A DNA stretch of 56,871 nucleotides from Asanoa sp. (lineage in GTDB: Bacteria; Actinomycetota; Actinomycetes; Mycobacteriales; Micromonosporaceae). This document shows, piece by piece, positions 21,784-31,270 of the stretch. Location of the stretch: positions 1 through 56,871 of the forward strand of contig DATDJX010000444.1 of assembly GCA_036520275.1 (NCBI GenBank), given 5' to 3'. Position 1 is the first letter of the stretch, and each line of letters opens with the position of its first letter. Position numbers and translations under genes: made by a program. The notes beneath the pieces are model-generated. The model was not told the DNA's origin, ran no database searches, and was given only the letters and a program-made list of their open reading frames with translations.

Positions 21784-22778
21784 GCCCCGTCGGCGCCGTG
21801 CGGTGGGCGCCGCGGCGGGCGTGGCTCGGCGCGGCCGCACCACGGCTCGTCACCGCCGCCGTGCCCGGCGCCGGCGCCGGCTGGCGGACCGACGCGGTGA
21901 CCGTCACGGACACGGCGGTCGCCGTCGCGACAGTCAGTCGCGCCACCAGCGGCCTGCGGTACGTGGTCAAGATGCCATGTACCGCGGAAGGCCGGGACAG
22001 CCTGCGCCGCCAGGCCGACGTGCTGGCCGCGCTGCACCGCGACGACCGGCTGCGCGGCTGGTGGGTGGTGGTCCCGCGCCCGGCCGGGCGGGGCGAGGTG
22101 AGCGGACGCCCGTACTGGGTGGAGGAGGCGCTACCCGGGACCCCGGCGGCGCGATCCGTGCGGCGGGGGCGAGCGACGGGGCTGCTCGACGCGGCGACGA
22201 TGCTGATCGGTGAGCTGCACGACCGCACGGCGGAGCCGTCCACACCCGACGCCGACACCGTCGCGACGTGGGTGGACGCGCCGGTGAGCCGGCTGGAGGC
22301 GTTCTGCGTCACGCGCCGCCGCCGGCGCGCGTATCTCCCCGCCGTCGACCGGTTGCGCGCGGAGCTGCGTCAGGCCCTGGCCGGACGGTGCATCCGCACC
22401 TGCTGGATCCACGGCGACTTCTGGCCCGGCAACCTGCTCGTCAACGGACCGACCTTGACCGGTGTCGTGGACTGGGACCGTGCAACGGGTTCCGGCCTCG
22501 CCCTGCACGACCTGTTGCACCTGCGCGTCCTGGGCCGCCGGCTCGTCACGGGGGAGGAGCTCGGCGATGTCGTCGTCCACGCCCTGCGGGACGGTCCGGC
22601 CTCGGCGCTCGGCGTCCCCGCCGACCGGCTGGACCGGTGGCTCGGTGGCCTCCCCGCCCGACCCGCCGTGCTCCTGTACTGGCTGCGGCATGTTTCGCTG
22701 TTCATCGACTCGGAGGGTCACCGTGACAACCCACGCTGGCTACGTGGCAACATCGAACACGTCATGGCCGTTGCCTAG
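21780..22778 (+). CDS. APH/choline-kinase-fold phosphotransferase
   Basis: VVK, Brenner motif HGDFWPGNLL, VVDWD, HDL; GTGA overlap. Confidence 0.82.
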   Translation: MSPVGAVRWAPRRAWLGAAAPRLVTAAVPGAGAGWRTDAVTVTDTAVAVATVSRATSGLRYVVKMPCTAEGRDSLRRQADVLAALHRDDRLRGWWVVVPRPAGRGEVSGRPYWVEEALPGTPAARSVRRGRATGLLDAATMLIGELHDRTAEPSTPDADTVATWVDAPVSRLEAFCVTRRRRRAYLPAVDRLRAELRQALAGRCIRTCWIHGDFWPGNLLVNGPTLTGVVDWDRATGSGLALHDLLHLRVLGRRLVTGEELGDVVVHALRDGPASALGVPADRLDRWLGGLPARPAVLLYWLRHVSLFIDSEGHRDNPRWLRGNIEHVMAVA

Positions 22779-24981
22779 GACGCCCACCGTGACGGTCGTC
22801 GTGTGCGCCTACACCGAGCGCCGCTGGCACGACCTTTCCAAGGCCGTCGCGGCCGTCCTGGCGCAGGAAGCGGCACCGGCTCTGGTCGTGCTCGTCATCG
22901 ACCACAACCCCAGGCTCCTCGACCGCGCGACGCGGGCGTTTCCGGGCGTCACCGTGCTGCCCAACGCCGGCCCGCGAGGTCTGTCCGGAGCGCGTAACAC
23001 GGCCCTCGCCGCGGCGACCGGCGAGATCGTCGCGTTCGTCGACGACGACGCCGAGGCCGAGCCGGACTGGCTCGCCCGGCTGGTGCCGCATTACCGCGAC
23101 CCGGCGGTCCTCGCGGTGGGCGGCAGCGCCGTGCCGGCCTGGGACGGGCGCCGGCCGCGCTGGCTGCCTCCCGAGTTCGACTGGGTGGTGGGGTGCAGCT
23201 TCACCGGCCAGCCGGTGCGGGCCACCCCGGTGCGCAACCTGATCGGCTGCAACATGTCGTTCCGGCGGGCCGCCCTGGACGGCGTGGGCGGCTTCGACCC
23301 CGCGCTGGGCCGGGTCGGAACGGTGCCGGTGGGGTGCGAGGAGACGGAGCTCTGCATCCGCCTGCGCCGACGGCACCCGGACGGCGTCATCCTGTACGAG
23401 CCGTCCGCCCGTGTCCGGCACCGGGTCACCGCCGACCGCGCGACGTGGCGCTACTTCCGCCGCCGCTGCTTCTCGGAGGGCCGGTCCAAGGCCGTCGTGG
23501 CCCGCCTGGCCGGCGCGCGGGCGGGGCTGTCGGCCGAGCGCCATTACACCCGCCGCACTCTCCCGCGGGCGGTGCGGCGCGAGGCGCGCGCGACGTCGGC
23601 GGACGCGGCCGCGCTGCTGCGGGCCGGCGCCATCGTGTCGGGCCTGGCGGTCACGGCCGGCGGCTACCTCGCCGCGCGGCTGCGCGGCGCGACCGACGCG
23701 GCGGCGGCCGGGACACCGGCCGGGCCGGGGCCCGTGCGGGTGCTCGCGGTGGAGCTTTCCGACGGCGTGCCGGCGCTGCCCGACGCCGACTGCACCGACG
23801 GCCGCCGCTACCGCGCCGCCCGGGTCCTCGTCCGGCGCGACGGACGGCCGCTCGGCCTGGTCGACATCGACCTGCCCCCCGGCGGGCTCGACGCCGAGGC
23901 GCTCGCGGACCTGATCGCGCGGCGCCTCGGACCGGCGTACGCGCGTCCCTGCGCGCCAGCTCCCCCGGCGACCCCCGGCCGGACTCCGTTCGTCAGCGTC
24001 GTCGTGCCGACATGCGGCCGCGCTGACGTCCTGGGGCGGACTCTGGATACCCTGCGCGCGCAGGACTACCCGCGGTACGAGGTGGTGGTGGTCGACAACG
24101 CCCCGCAGCGGCCGGGCACCGCCGAGGTGGTCCGCGAGGCGGCCGCCGCCGGCCTACCTGTGCGCCACGTGCAAGAACCGCGGCGCGGCGTGACGTACGC
24201 CCGCAACCGGGGCCTCGCCGAGGCGCGGGGCGAGCTCGTCGCCTACGCCGACGACGACGTCCTGGTCGACCGGGGATGGCTCCGGGCACTGGTCGACGGC
24301 TTCGCCGACGAGGCCGTCGCCGCGGTCACGGGCCACATCCTGCCCGCGGAGATGGAGACCCCGGCCCAGGTGCTGATCGAGCAGTACGGTGGCTTCGGGA
24401 AGGGGTGTGCTCGCCGCCGCTTCGACCGCACGGGTTTCAGCGTGGCCGACGACGCCGGCGTGCGGCGGGTGCCGGCGGGGCCCGGCTCCCTCTACCCGTA
24501 CCTTCCGGGGTCGTACGGCTCGGGGGCGAACATGGCATTCCGCGCCGACGTCCTGCGCGAGCTGGGCGGCTTCGACCCGGCGCTGGGCTCCGGTGGCGCG
24601 GTGCGCGCCGGCGAGGACATCGACGCGCTCCTGCGCGTGGTCCTCGCCGGGCACGCGCTGGTGTACGAGCCGTCGGCCATCGTGTGGCACACCCACAAAC
24701 GGGAGCTGCGCGCGCTGCGGCGCACGGTGTACGACTACGGTGTGGGGCTGGGCGCCGTGATCGCCAAGCGGCTGGTGATCGACCGCGGCGGCCGCCGGGA
24801 GCTGCTGCGGCGGTTCCCGGCCGGCATCGCGTACGCGGTGCGGCCGGCCTCCGCGAAGAACGCGCACAGGCGGCGCGGGTATCCACCGTCGTTGACGCTG
24901 CTCGAGCTGTGCGGGATTGCGGCCGGGCCGGTGCGCTACGCGTGGAGCGCCTGGATCACCCACACCGGCGGGAGCCGCTGA
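22771..24981 (+). CDS. Tandem two-domain GT2 glycosyltransferase
   Basis: Two GT-A domains, each with ARNxxL, DDD, GxNMxFR and E(E/D) motifs; start TTG 22771 or GTG 22789. Confidence 0.88.
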   Translation: MPRTPTVTVVVCAYTERRWHDLSKAVAAVLAQEAAPALVVLVIDHNPRLLDRATRAFPGVTVLPNAGPRGLSGARNTALAAATGEIVAFVDDDAEAEPDWLARLVPHYRDPAVLAVGGSAVPAWDGRRPRWLPPEFDWVVGCSFTGQPVRATPVRNLIGCNMSFRRAALDGVGGFDPALGRVGTVPVGCEETELCIRLRRRHPDGVILYEPSARVRHRVTADRATWRYFRRRCFSEGRSKAVVARLAGARAGLSAERHYTRRTLPRAVRREARATSADAAALLRAGAIVSGLAVTAGGYLAARLRGATDAAAAGTPAGPGPVRVLAVELSDGVPALPDADCTDGRRYRAARVLVRRDGRPLGLVDIDLPPGGLDAEALADLIARRLGPAYARPCAPAPPATPGRTPFVSVVVPTCGRADVLGRTLDTLRAQDYPRYEVVVVDNAPQRPGTAEVVREAAAAGLPVRHVQEPRRGVTYARNRGLAEARGELVAYADDDVLVDRGWLRALVDGFADEAVAAVTGHILPAEMETPAQVLIEQYGGFGKGCARRRFDRTGFSVADDAGVRRVPAGPGSLYPYLPGSYGSGANMAFRADVLRELGGFDPALGSGGAVRAGEDIDALLRVVLAGHALVYEPSAIVWHTHKRELRALRRTVYDYGVGLGAVIAKRLVIDRGGRRELLRRFPAGIAYAVRPASAKNAHRRRGYPPSLTLLELCGIAAGPVRYAWSAWITHTGGSR

Positions 24982-25757
24982 TGACCGTCGTACCCGTCCT
25001 CTGCTACCACAGCGTCAGCGACGAGCGACGCGACGGCACCCTGCGCTGGTCCGTCTCGCCCGGCGACTTCGACGAACAGATGGCACTGCTGCGGCAGCGC
25101 GGACACCGGCCCCTCACGGTGAGGGAATACGCCGATCTGCTGCGCCGGCGGGCGCCCCTTCCGGCCCGACCGGTGCTGGTCACCTTCGACGACGGCTTCG
25201 CCGACCTCGGCCACGCCGCGCTGCCGGCGCTGCGACGCTACGGAATCGACGCAACCGCCTTCGTCATCACGTCCCGGGTCGGCGCCGTCCACGAGGCCGG
25301 TCCCACGCTGCGCTGGGACGAGCTCGCCGCGCTGCGCGACGCCGGGGTCGAGGTGGGGTCCCACGGCCACACGCACCGCGAACTCGACTGCATGAACTCG
25401 GAGGCCCTGCGGGTCGAGACCGCGACGAGCCGGCGGATCCTGGAGGACCGGCTGGGCGCGCCGGTGACCTCCTTCGCCTACCCGTACGGCTACCACGACC
25501 GCCGGGTCCGCCGGGCCGTCCTCGCCGCCGGCTACACCGCCGCCTGCGCGGTGAAGAACGCGCTGAGCCATCCGCAGGACGACGTGTTCGCCATCGCGCG
25601 CGTGCTGGTCGAGCGGCACACCGGTGCGGGTGGGATCGAGGCGGTCCTGACCGGCCGGTGCCATCCGGCGGCGTGGCGCGGGGAGCGGCTGCGTACGCGC
25701 GGTTGGCGTGCCTACCGGCGCGCGCGTTGCGCCGTGGACGCCGCGCGGGGGCGGTGA
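24981..25757 (+). CDS. Polysaccharide deacetylase (CE4, IcaB-like), no signal peptide
   Basis: LCYH, TFDDG, GSHGHTH, FAYPYG; TGATG coupling. Confidence 0.9.
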   Translation: MTVVPVLCYHSVSDERRDGTLRWSVSPGDFDEQMALLRQRGHRPLTVREYADLLRRRAPLPARPVLVTFDDGFADLGHAALPALRRYGIDATAFVITSRVGAVHEAGPTLRWDELAALRDAGVEVGSHGHTHRELDCMNSEALRVETATSRRILEDRLGAPVTSFAYPYGYHDRRVRRAVLAAGYTAACAVKNALSHPQDDVFAIARVLVERHTGAGGIEAVLTGRCHPAAWRGERLRTRGWRAYRRARCAVDAARGR

Positions 25758-27064
25758 TGGTGCCGACGGCGCCGCCCGCGCCGGACGTCGCTGTCGGGGT
25801 CACCGCGAGCCTGCGCGCCCAGCTACGCGATCCGCTGTCACTCAACGTCTACGCATTGACCGTCAACACGGTGGTCAGCTCGGTCCTCGGGATCGGGTAC
25901 TGGGTCCTTGCGGCGCGGCTGTACGCGCCGCGCGAGCTCGGCGCCGGCGCCGCGGCCGTGGCGACGATGACATTCTTGAGCAGCCTGTCCCAACTCAACC
26001 TCAACGGCGCGCTGGCCCGGTTCCTGCCGGCGGCGGGCGCCACCGCCGGCCGGCTCATCGGCACCGCCTACCTGGCCAGCTGCGCCGCGGCGCTGCTGAT
26101 CGGATCGGCGTTCCTGATCATCGCGCCGGCGGTGACCGGCCGCAGCAGTCCGCTTTCGCCCGGTCTGCCGATGGCCGTGGTCTTCGTGCTGTCGGTGGCC
26201 GCGTGGAGCGTCTTCACCCTGCAGGACAGCGTGCTGACCGCGCTGCGCGGTGCGGTGTGGGTGCCGGTGGAGAACGCCGCCTTCGGCGTCGCCAAGATTG
26301 CTCTCCTGGTGCTCCTGGCGTCGGCCGTCCCCGGCCACGGAATCTTCGCATCGTGGACCGTCCCGGTCATGCTGAGCCTCGCGCCGGTCAACCTCGTTGT
26401 CTTCCGCCGCCTCCTGCCGCGGCTGCGTGCCCGACTCGCCACCGCGACGCTGCCCGCACGGTCGGTTGTGCTGCGGTTCATCACGCTGGACTACATCGGC
26501 TACCTGTTCCTCCAGGTCCACACGAACGCCCTTCCGGTGCTCGTCACCGCCGCGCTGGGCGCCGAGGCCAACGCCGTGTTCTACGTCGGCTGGCTACTCG
26601 GCAGCTCGGTGGAGCTGGTCGCCTACCATTTCGGCACGTCCCTCACGGTGGAGAGTGCCGCCGACGAGTCCCGCCTGGCCCGGTACGGGCGGCAGGTGCT
26701 GGGCCGCGGACTGGCCGTGTTCGTCCCGGGCGCGCTGCTGTTGTACCTGTGCGCGCCGTTGCTACTCGCGCTGTTCGGCACGCGGTACGCGGACGCGAGC
26801 GGTGCGGTACTGCGGCTTTTCGCCCTGGCGGTCGTGCCCAAGTTCGTTGTCACCGTCTACGTCGCGATCAGCCGGGTGCAGCGCAAGGTCGGTCGGATCG
26901 TGCTGGTCCAGTCCGCCACCGCCGCCGTCGTGCTGTCCCTCGCCCTGCTCACCATGCCTGCTTGGGGCGTGACCGGCGTGGCGGCCGCCTACCTCACCGC
27001 GCAGCTCGCCGTCGGCGCGGCGATCCTGCCGGGCCTCGCCCGCGTCCTGCGGAGCGAGCGGTGA
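25757..27064 (+). CDS. Wzx-type oligosaccharide flippase
   Basis: About 12 TM segments; LGIGYWVLAARLY, LARFLP; located in the glycan cluster. Confidence 0.8.
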   Translation: MVPTAPPAPDVAVGVTASLRAQLRDPLSLNVYALTVNTVVSSVLGIGYWVLAARLYAPRELGAGAAAVATMTFLSSLSQLNLNGALARFLPAAGATAGRLIGTAYLASCAAALLIGSAFLIIAPAVTGRSSPLSPGLPMAVVFVLSVAAWSVFTLQDSVLTALRGAVWVPVENAAFGVAKIALLVLLASAVPGHGIFASWTVPVMLSLAPVNLVVFRRLLPRLRARLATATLPARSVVLRFITLDYIGYLFLQVHTNALPVLVTAALGAEANAVFYVGWLLGSSVELVAYHFGTSLTVESAADESRLARYGRQVLGRGLAVFVPGALLLYLCAPLLLALFGTRYADASGAVLRLFALAVVPKFVVTVYVAISRVQRKVGRIVLVQSATAAVVLSLALLTMPAWGVTGVAAAYLTAQLAVGAAILPGLARVLRSER

Positions 27065-28914
27065 CCGGACCGGGGGCGGTCCAGGCAACCGCTGCGGCGA
27101 ACGCCGGACGGTGGCGAACGGCGGCGGTCACCGCGCTGCGCTGGTCGCCGCCGCCACTGGCGCTCGCTCTCGGACTGGTCGCGCTCGCCGGGACGGTGCC
27201 GGACGACATCGGCTCGCTCGGCCTGGTCGATGCGCTGCCGGCGGGACTGTACGTGGCACTCGGGCTGCTGACGGCCGGGTTCGTCGCCGCGCTGTTCTTC
27301 ACCGCGTCACTCGACGCCCGGCTGCTCGCCGGGCACCTGACCGTCTTCGCCGTTCTGCTCCACGGGGCCGCGACGATCGTCGAACCGGTGCCGCGCTTCG
27401 TCCCGGCGTGGCTGCACGTCGGGTTCACCGACTACATCGCGCGAACCGGAGGAATCCTGCCGGGGCTGGACGCCCGTTTCAGTTGGCCCGGGTTCTTCGC
27501 GCTCGCCGCGATGACGACCCGGGCCGCCGGGCTGCGGGACGCGCTACCGCTCCTCGGCTGGACCCCGGTCGTGCTGAACCTGCTGTTCGGAGCCGTCGTC
27601 CACCGCTTGGCCCTGGCCACCGGCGCCGACGCCCGAGGCGCCTGGCTGGCGGCCTGGTTCTTCTATCCGGCCAGCTGGGTGGGTCAGGACTACTTCGCCC
27701 CACAGGGCCTGAACTACCTCTTCTATCTGCTGATCCTCGCGATCCTGTTGATCTGGTTCCGGCTGTCCCGCATCGAGCGGGCCCGCCGCCGCTCGTACCG
27801 GCCGGCATGGCTGAGCTTGCGGCCGGTGCGACGCCTGGCGGGATTGCCGTCGTCGCAGCTGCTGCACGAGCCGGAACCCCCGCCGCTCGCCGGCGGGGCG
27901 CGCGTCGGCCTCATGGCCGCGCTGCTGGTGATATTCATCGCCAGCGCCGCGAGCCACCAGCTCACCCCCATGGCGACCCTGGTCGCCGTCACCGCCCTGG
28001 TCGTGGCGCGCCGGTCGGCCGCGCGGGCACTGCCCGTCCTGTTGGCCGTCATCCTGGTCGCGTATATCAGCTACCTCACGGTGGCGTACTGGTCGGGTCA
28101 CCTGCACGACATGTTCGGCTCGCTGGGTCAGATCGGCCGCACGGTGGACAAGGGTGTCGGCGAACGCGTCCAGGGCGACCCGGGGCACCTGATCGTCCTG
28201 CGCGTCCGCCAACTGTTCGCACTGGCCCTGTGGTGCCTGGCAGCGTTGGGAGCGTGGCGGATCCTGCGGCGCGGGCGCGGTGACCTGGCCGTCCTCGTTC
28301 TCGCGGGCGCGCCGTTCTTCCTGCTGTTCCTGCAGAGCTACGGCGGAGAGGTCTTCTTGCGGGTCTACACGTTCGCCCTGCCCTTCGTGGTCGTGCTGGT
28401 CGTAGGCCTGATCGTGCCGGTGTGGCCGCCGAGGCACGCGGTGCCGGCCGCCGTGGTGGCGGCGCTGCTGAGCGTTTGCCTCACCGGCGCCTTCTTCGTC
28501 GCCCGGTACGGCAACGAGGGCTTCGAACGGGTACGGCCCGCGGACCTGCGAGCCGTCGAGTGGCTGTACGACCACGCCACCCCGGGCGTCACGTTCGTGG
28601 CGATCACCTCGAACGTCCCGTGGCGCTACCGGGATCTGGAGCAGTACCGGTACACCCCGCTCGGCGAGGACCTCGGACCGGACAGCCTGGCGGCCATCGA
28701 GAAGGCGATGGAGGCCAACCCGCGCGGGGCGTACCTCATCCTGACCAGCGGTCAGTACGTCTTCGGCGAGGTGTTCCTCGGCAAGCCGCCAGGCTGGGGT
28801 GCCGCGATCGAGCGGCAGGTGGTGGAATCGGGCCGGTTCCGGCCCGTCTACGAGCGCGACGACGCGAAGATCTTCATCCTCGCGCCGCGTGGAACCGGAG
28901 GATCCGGTGACTGA
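27061..28914 (+). CDS. Multi-TM GT-C/Wzy-like membrane protein
   Basis: More than 10 TM segments; WLHVG, RFSWPGFF, WVGQDYFAPQ, SHQLTP, YGGE; C-terminal soluble domain. Confidence 0.55.
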   Translation: MTGPGAVQATAAANAGRWRTAAVTALRWSPPPLALALGLVALAGTVPDDIGSLGLVDALPAGLYVALGLLTAGFVAALFFTASLDARLLAGHLTVFAVLLHGAATIVEPVPRFVPAWLHVGFTDYIARTGGILPGLDARFSWPGFFALAAMTTRAAGLRDALPLLGWTPVVLNLLFGAVVHRLALATGADARGAWLAAWFFYPASWVGQDYFAPQGLNYLFYLLILAILLIWFRLSRIERARRRSYRPAWLSLRPVRRLAGLPSSQLLHEPEPPPLAGGARVGLMAALLVIFIASAASHQLTPMATLVAVTALVVARRSAARALPVLLAVILVAYISYLTVAYWSGHLHDMFGSLGQIGRTVDKGVGERVQGDPGHLIVLRVRQLFALALWCLAALGAWRILRRGRGDLAVLVLAGAPFFLLFLQSYGGEVFLRVYTFALPFVVVLVVGLIVPVWPPRHAVPAAVVAALLSVCLTGAFFVARYGNEGFERVRPADLRAVEWLYDHATPGVTFVAITSNVPWRYRDLEQYRYTPLGEDLGPDSLAAIEKAMEANPRGAYLILTSGQYVFGEVFLGKPPGWGAAIERQVVESGRFRPVYERDDAKIFILAPRGTGGSGD

Positions 28915-29353
28915 GCTGTCTGTGAACGACGACGAGCGCAGTGCCGGCCGTGCTCCGGGCGGCCTACGCGTCGTGGCCGGGGCCGAGGCTGCCTCGACGG
29001 CCGGGGGCGGGGAGGGATGGCGTCCGTACCTCGTACCCTTGGTGCTCCTGCTGGCAGGTCCGGTCGTGCTGGCATTGGTGGTGCTCGACGCGCCGGCGTG
29101 GATCCGCGCGGTGCCTGTGCTCGCGTACGTCGCCACGGCTCCCGGCATCGCCGTCATCCGGCTCCTCCGACTGCGCGACCGGCCCATGGTCGTTCTCCTC
29201 GGGATTGGGTTCAGCCTCGCGCTCGGCGCCATCGTCGCCCAGTTGATGATCTATGCGTCCGTGTGGTCGCCCACGCTCGGGATCTCCGCGCTGGCGGCCG
29301 TGGCGTCGCTGGCCGCGGCCGTCGACGCGTTCCGCACGGGAGGCTCCCGATGA
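28907..29353 (+). CDS. Small 4-TM membrane protein
   Basis: Hydrophobic ORF with RBS GGAGG, overlapping the upstream stop. Confidence 0.65.
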   Translation: MTELSVNDDERSAGRAPGGLRVVAGAEAASTAGGGEGWRPYLVPLVLLLAGPVVLALVVLDAPAWIRAVPVLAYVATAPGIAVIRLLRLRDRPMVVLLGIGFSLALGAIVAQLMIYASVWSPTLGISALAAVASLAAAVDAFRTGGSR

Positions 29354-29592
29354 CGCCGCCGGTTGCGCCGTCCATGCTGGAGTTCCTCGGTCACGGCGAC
29401 CCCGCGTCGTCGCGGACCGCCGGTGTCGTGCTGCTGGTGACGGTGCTTGTCGCGCTCGTGGTCCGAGTGGTCTGGCAGAGCGGTGAGCCGTTCCCCAGCC
29501 GGGACGGGCTGCGCCTGCTGGACCTGGTGGCCGCCCCGTTGCTGCTCGTCTTCGTCCTGATCGTCGTGGAGCGGTTCCGTGACCTCTCCTAG
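29350..29592 (+). CDS. Small 2-TM membrane protein (80 aa)
   Basis: RBS GGGAGG, ATGA overlap, two hydrophobic helices. Confidence 0.65.
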   Translation: MTPPVAPSMLEFLGHGDPASSRTAGVVLLVTVLVALVVRVVWQSGEPFPSRDGLRLLDLVAAPLLLVFVLIVVERFRDLS

Positions 29593-30385
29593 CCTGTCGC
29601 CCGTCGGTGCGCCGGCCGCTCCCGCCGTGGGAGGCACGCTGCCGCCCCGCGCGGCGGCCCGCGTTTTGGCCGGCTACGTCGCCGTCCTCACGGCGGCGGA
29701 GCTCCTGGTGGCCATCTCGGTGCCCGGCGCCGCGGTGACCTTCGCCCTGCTGGCGCTGGGCGTCTGCGCGGCGCGGCGGTTGGTTCGCGACGAGCGCGCC
29801 GGCGTGCTGCTGCCCGTGCTGGTGGCCGTCCCGACCATTCGACTGCTCAGCCTGGCTGCGCCGGGTGCCGACCTGGCGCCGGCCGTCCGGCTGGCCGTGC
29901 TGGCGGTACCAACCGCGGTGGCCGTGGCGCTCGCGGCCCGGGGTCGTCCGGCCGGTTGGGGCCTGCTGGAGCGCGGCGTGGGTGGCTGGCGTGTCCAGGC
30001 CGCCATCGGGCTCGTGGCGGTGCCGCTGTCGCTGCCCGTCTACCTGCTGGTCCCGGCCCCTGTGGAAGGCGTCGGCCTGCCGCCGCTCGTCGTGGTGATG
30101 CTGCTCGCCGTGGCGGTCGTTCCCGACGAGGTGCTCTACAGGGGACTGGTGGTTCCCGCCATGGCGGAGGTGGCCGGCCGGGCGGCGGTGCCGTTGGCGG
30201 CCGCCACCTACGCCGCCGCCTTCGCCGGGTACGCATCGGTGCCGGTGCTGGCCGTCGCGTACGGAGTCGGCTACCCGCTTGCCTGGTTGCGCCATCGCAC
30301 CGGCTCCGCAGTGGGTGTGGTCGCTGCCCGGATCCTGCTGGTGGCGCTGGTCTTCGCGGTGCTGCCGGCCCTCGACCCCCGGTAG
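29579..30385 (+). CDS. CPBP (type II CAAX/Abi) family membrane protein with degenerate motifs
   Basis: DEVLYRG in place of EExxxRG; RHRTGS; conserved His positions appear absent. Confidence 0.65.
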   Translation: MTSPSLSPVGAPAAPAVGGTLPPRAAARVLAGYVAVLTAAELLVAISVPGAAVTFALLALGVCAARRLVRDERAGVLLPVLVAVPTIRLLSLAAPGADLAPAVRLAVLAVPTAVAVALAARGRPAGWGLLERGVGGWRVQAAIGLVAVPLSLPVYLLVPAPVEGVGLPPLVVVMLLAVAVVPDEVLYRGLVVPAMAEVAGRAAVPLAAATYAAAFAGYASVPVLAVAYGVGYPLAWLRHRTGSAVGVVAARILLVALVFAVLPALDPR

Positions 30386-30565
30386 TGCTTCACGCACCAA
30401 GGCTTCATCCGGTTCAACGGCGTCTTAAGTGTGGATTAACGGCTGCTTAGCAATGCCCGTACGGACCCCTGTCCGGACAGCGACTGAACGGGTAGAAGTA
30501 GTTACAAGCTGTGCGCTGGGGAGCGCGGTCAAGGTCCACTGCCGGACGCCGGAGGGGATGAGCCC

Positions 30566-31270
30566 GTGCACGCCTTGGTCGACCCGGGACCACACGCAGA
30601 CCGACCGGGAGCGCGCCGCGAGGAGCGACTCCAGGAGTCCGCGCGGCTCCAGCGCCAGATCAACCACGACATCCGCCACGAAGTGGCGACCATCGCGTTG
30701 CTCGCGTCCCTGCTGTGCGGCGCGGACGACGTCGGGCCGCGGGGCCGGCGCATGGCCGAGGAGATCCTCGGCGAGGCGCAGCTGCTGCGCCAATTGCTGT
30801 TCGCCGCCGACCGCGGCCTGTCCGGTGTGGAATCCACGGCCCGTTCGACCGGACCGGTCCGGCTCGACATCATCGCCGCCGACGTCGTCATCGCCGGGCG
30901 CCTGTCGACCCCGGCGAAGATCAGGATCGAGGCCCGCGAGGCGTACGCGCGGGTCGACGCGCTCGCGTTCTGGCGGGCGGTGCGCAACCTCGTCGGAAAC
31001 GCCGCGCGCGCGGCCGGCCCGGCCGGCGAGGTCCGGGTCGCGGTCGGGGTGGAGGACGAGTGGGCGGTGATCCAGATCGACGACGACGGGCCGGGATTCG
31101 GACGGTGTGAGCCGGGGACCTCGGCGCTGGGGATCGGCGTCGCTCGGGACCTCGCCGATGCCGCCGGCGGAACGCTGGGGTTCGGCAGCGGGCCGCTGAG
31201 AGGCTGCTGCGTACGCCTGCGGTTGCCCGCCGCGCTCCCCGTCCCGCTGACGGACGGGACGGCCGGCTGA
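30566..31270 (+). CDS. Soluble histidine kinase lacking a sensor domain
   Basis: H-box HDIRH, N-box NLVGNA, DDGPG, LGIG. Confidence 0.8.
   Translation: MHALVDPGPHADRPGARREERLQESARLQRQINHDIRHEVATIALLASLLCGADDVGPRGRRMAEEILGEAQLLRQLLFAADRGLSGVESTARSTGPVRLDIIAADVVIAGRLSTPAKIRIEAREAYARVDALAFWRAVRNLVGNAARAAGPAGEVRVAVGVEDEWAVIQIDDDGPGFGRCEPGTSALGIGVARDLADAAGGTLGFGSGPLRGCCVRLRLPAALPVPLTDGTAG

Noticed and set aside
18012-22778. 1588-aa ORF and similar giant ORFs (3122-6901, 5746-9084, 25708-28914, 32082-35111)
   Set aside because: The upstream parts are Arg/Pro/Gly-rich shadow frames of real genes in high-GC DNA; only the 3' portions are genuine CDSs
20509-22778. Lasso peptide/RiPP tailoring or antibiotic resistance genes
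   Set aside because: No precursor, cyclase or RRE; the context is glycan biosynthesis
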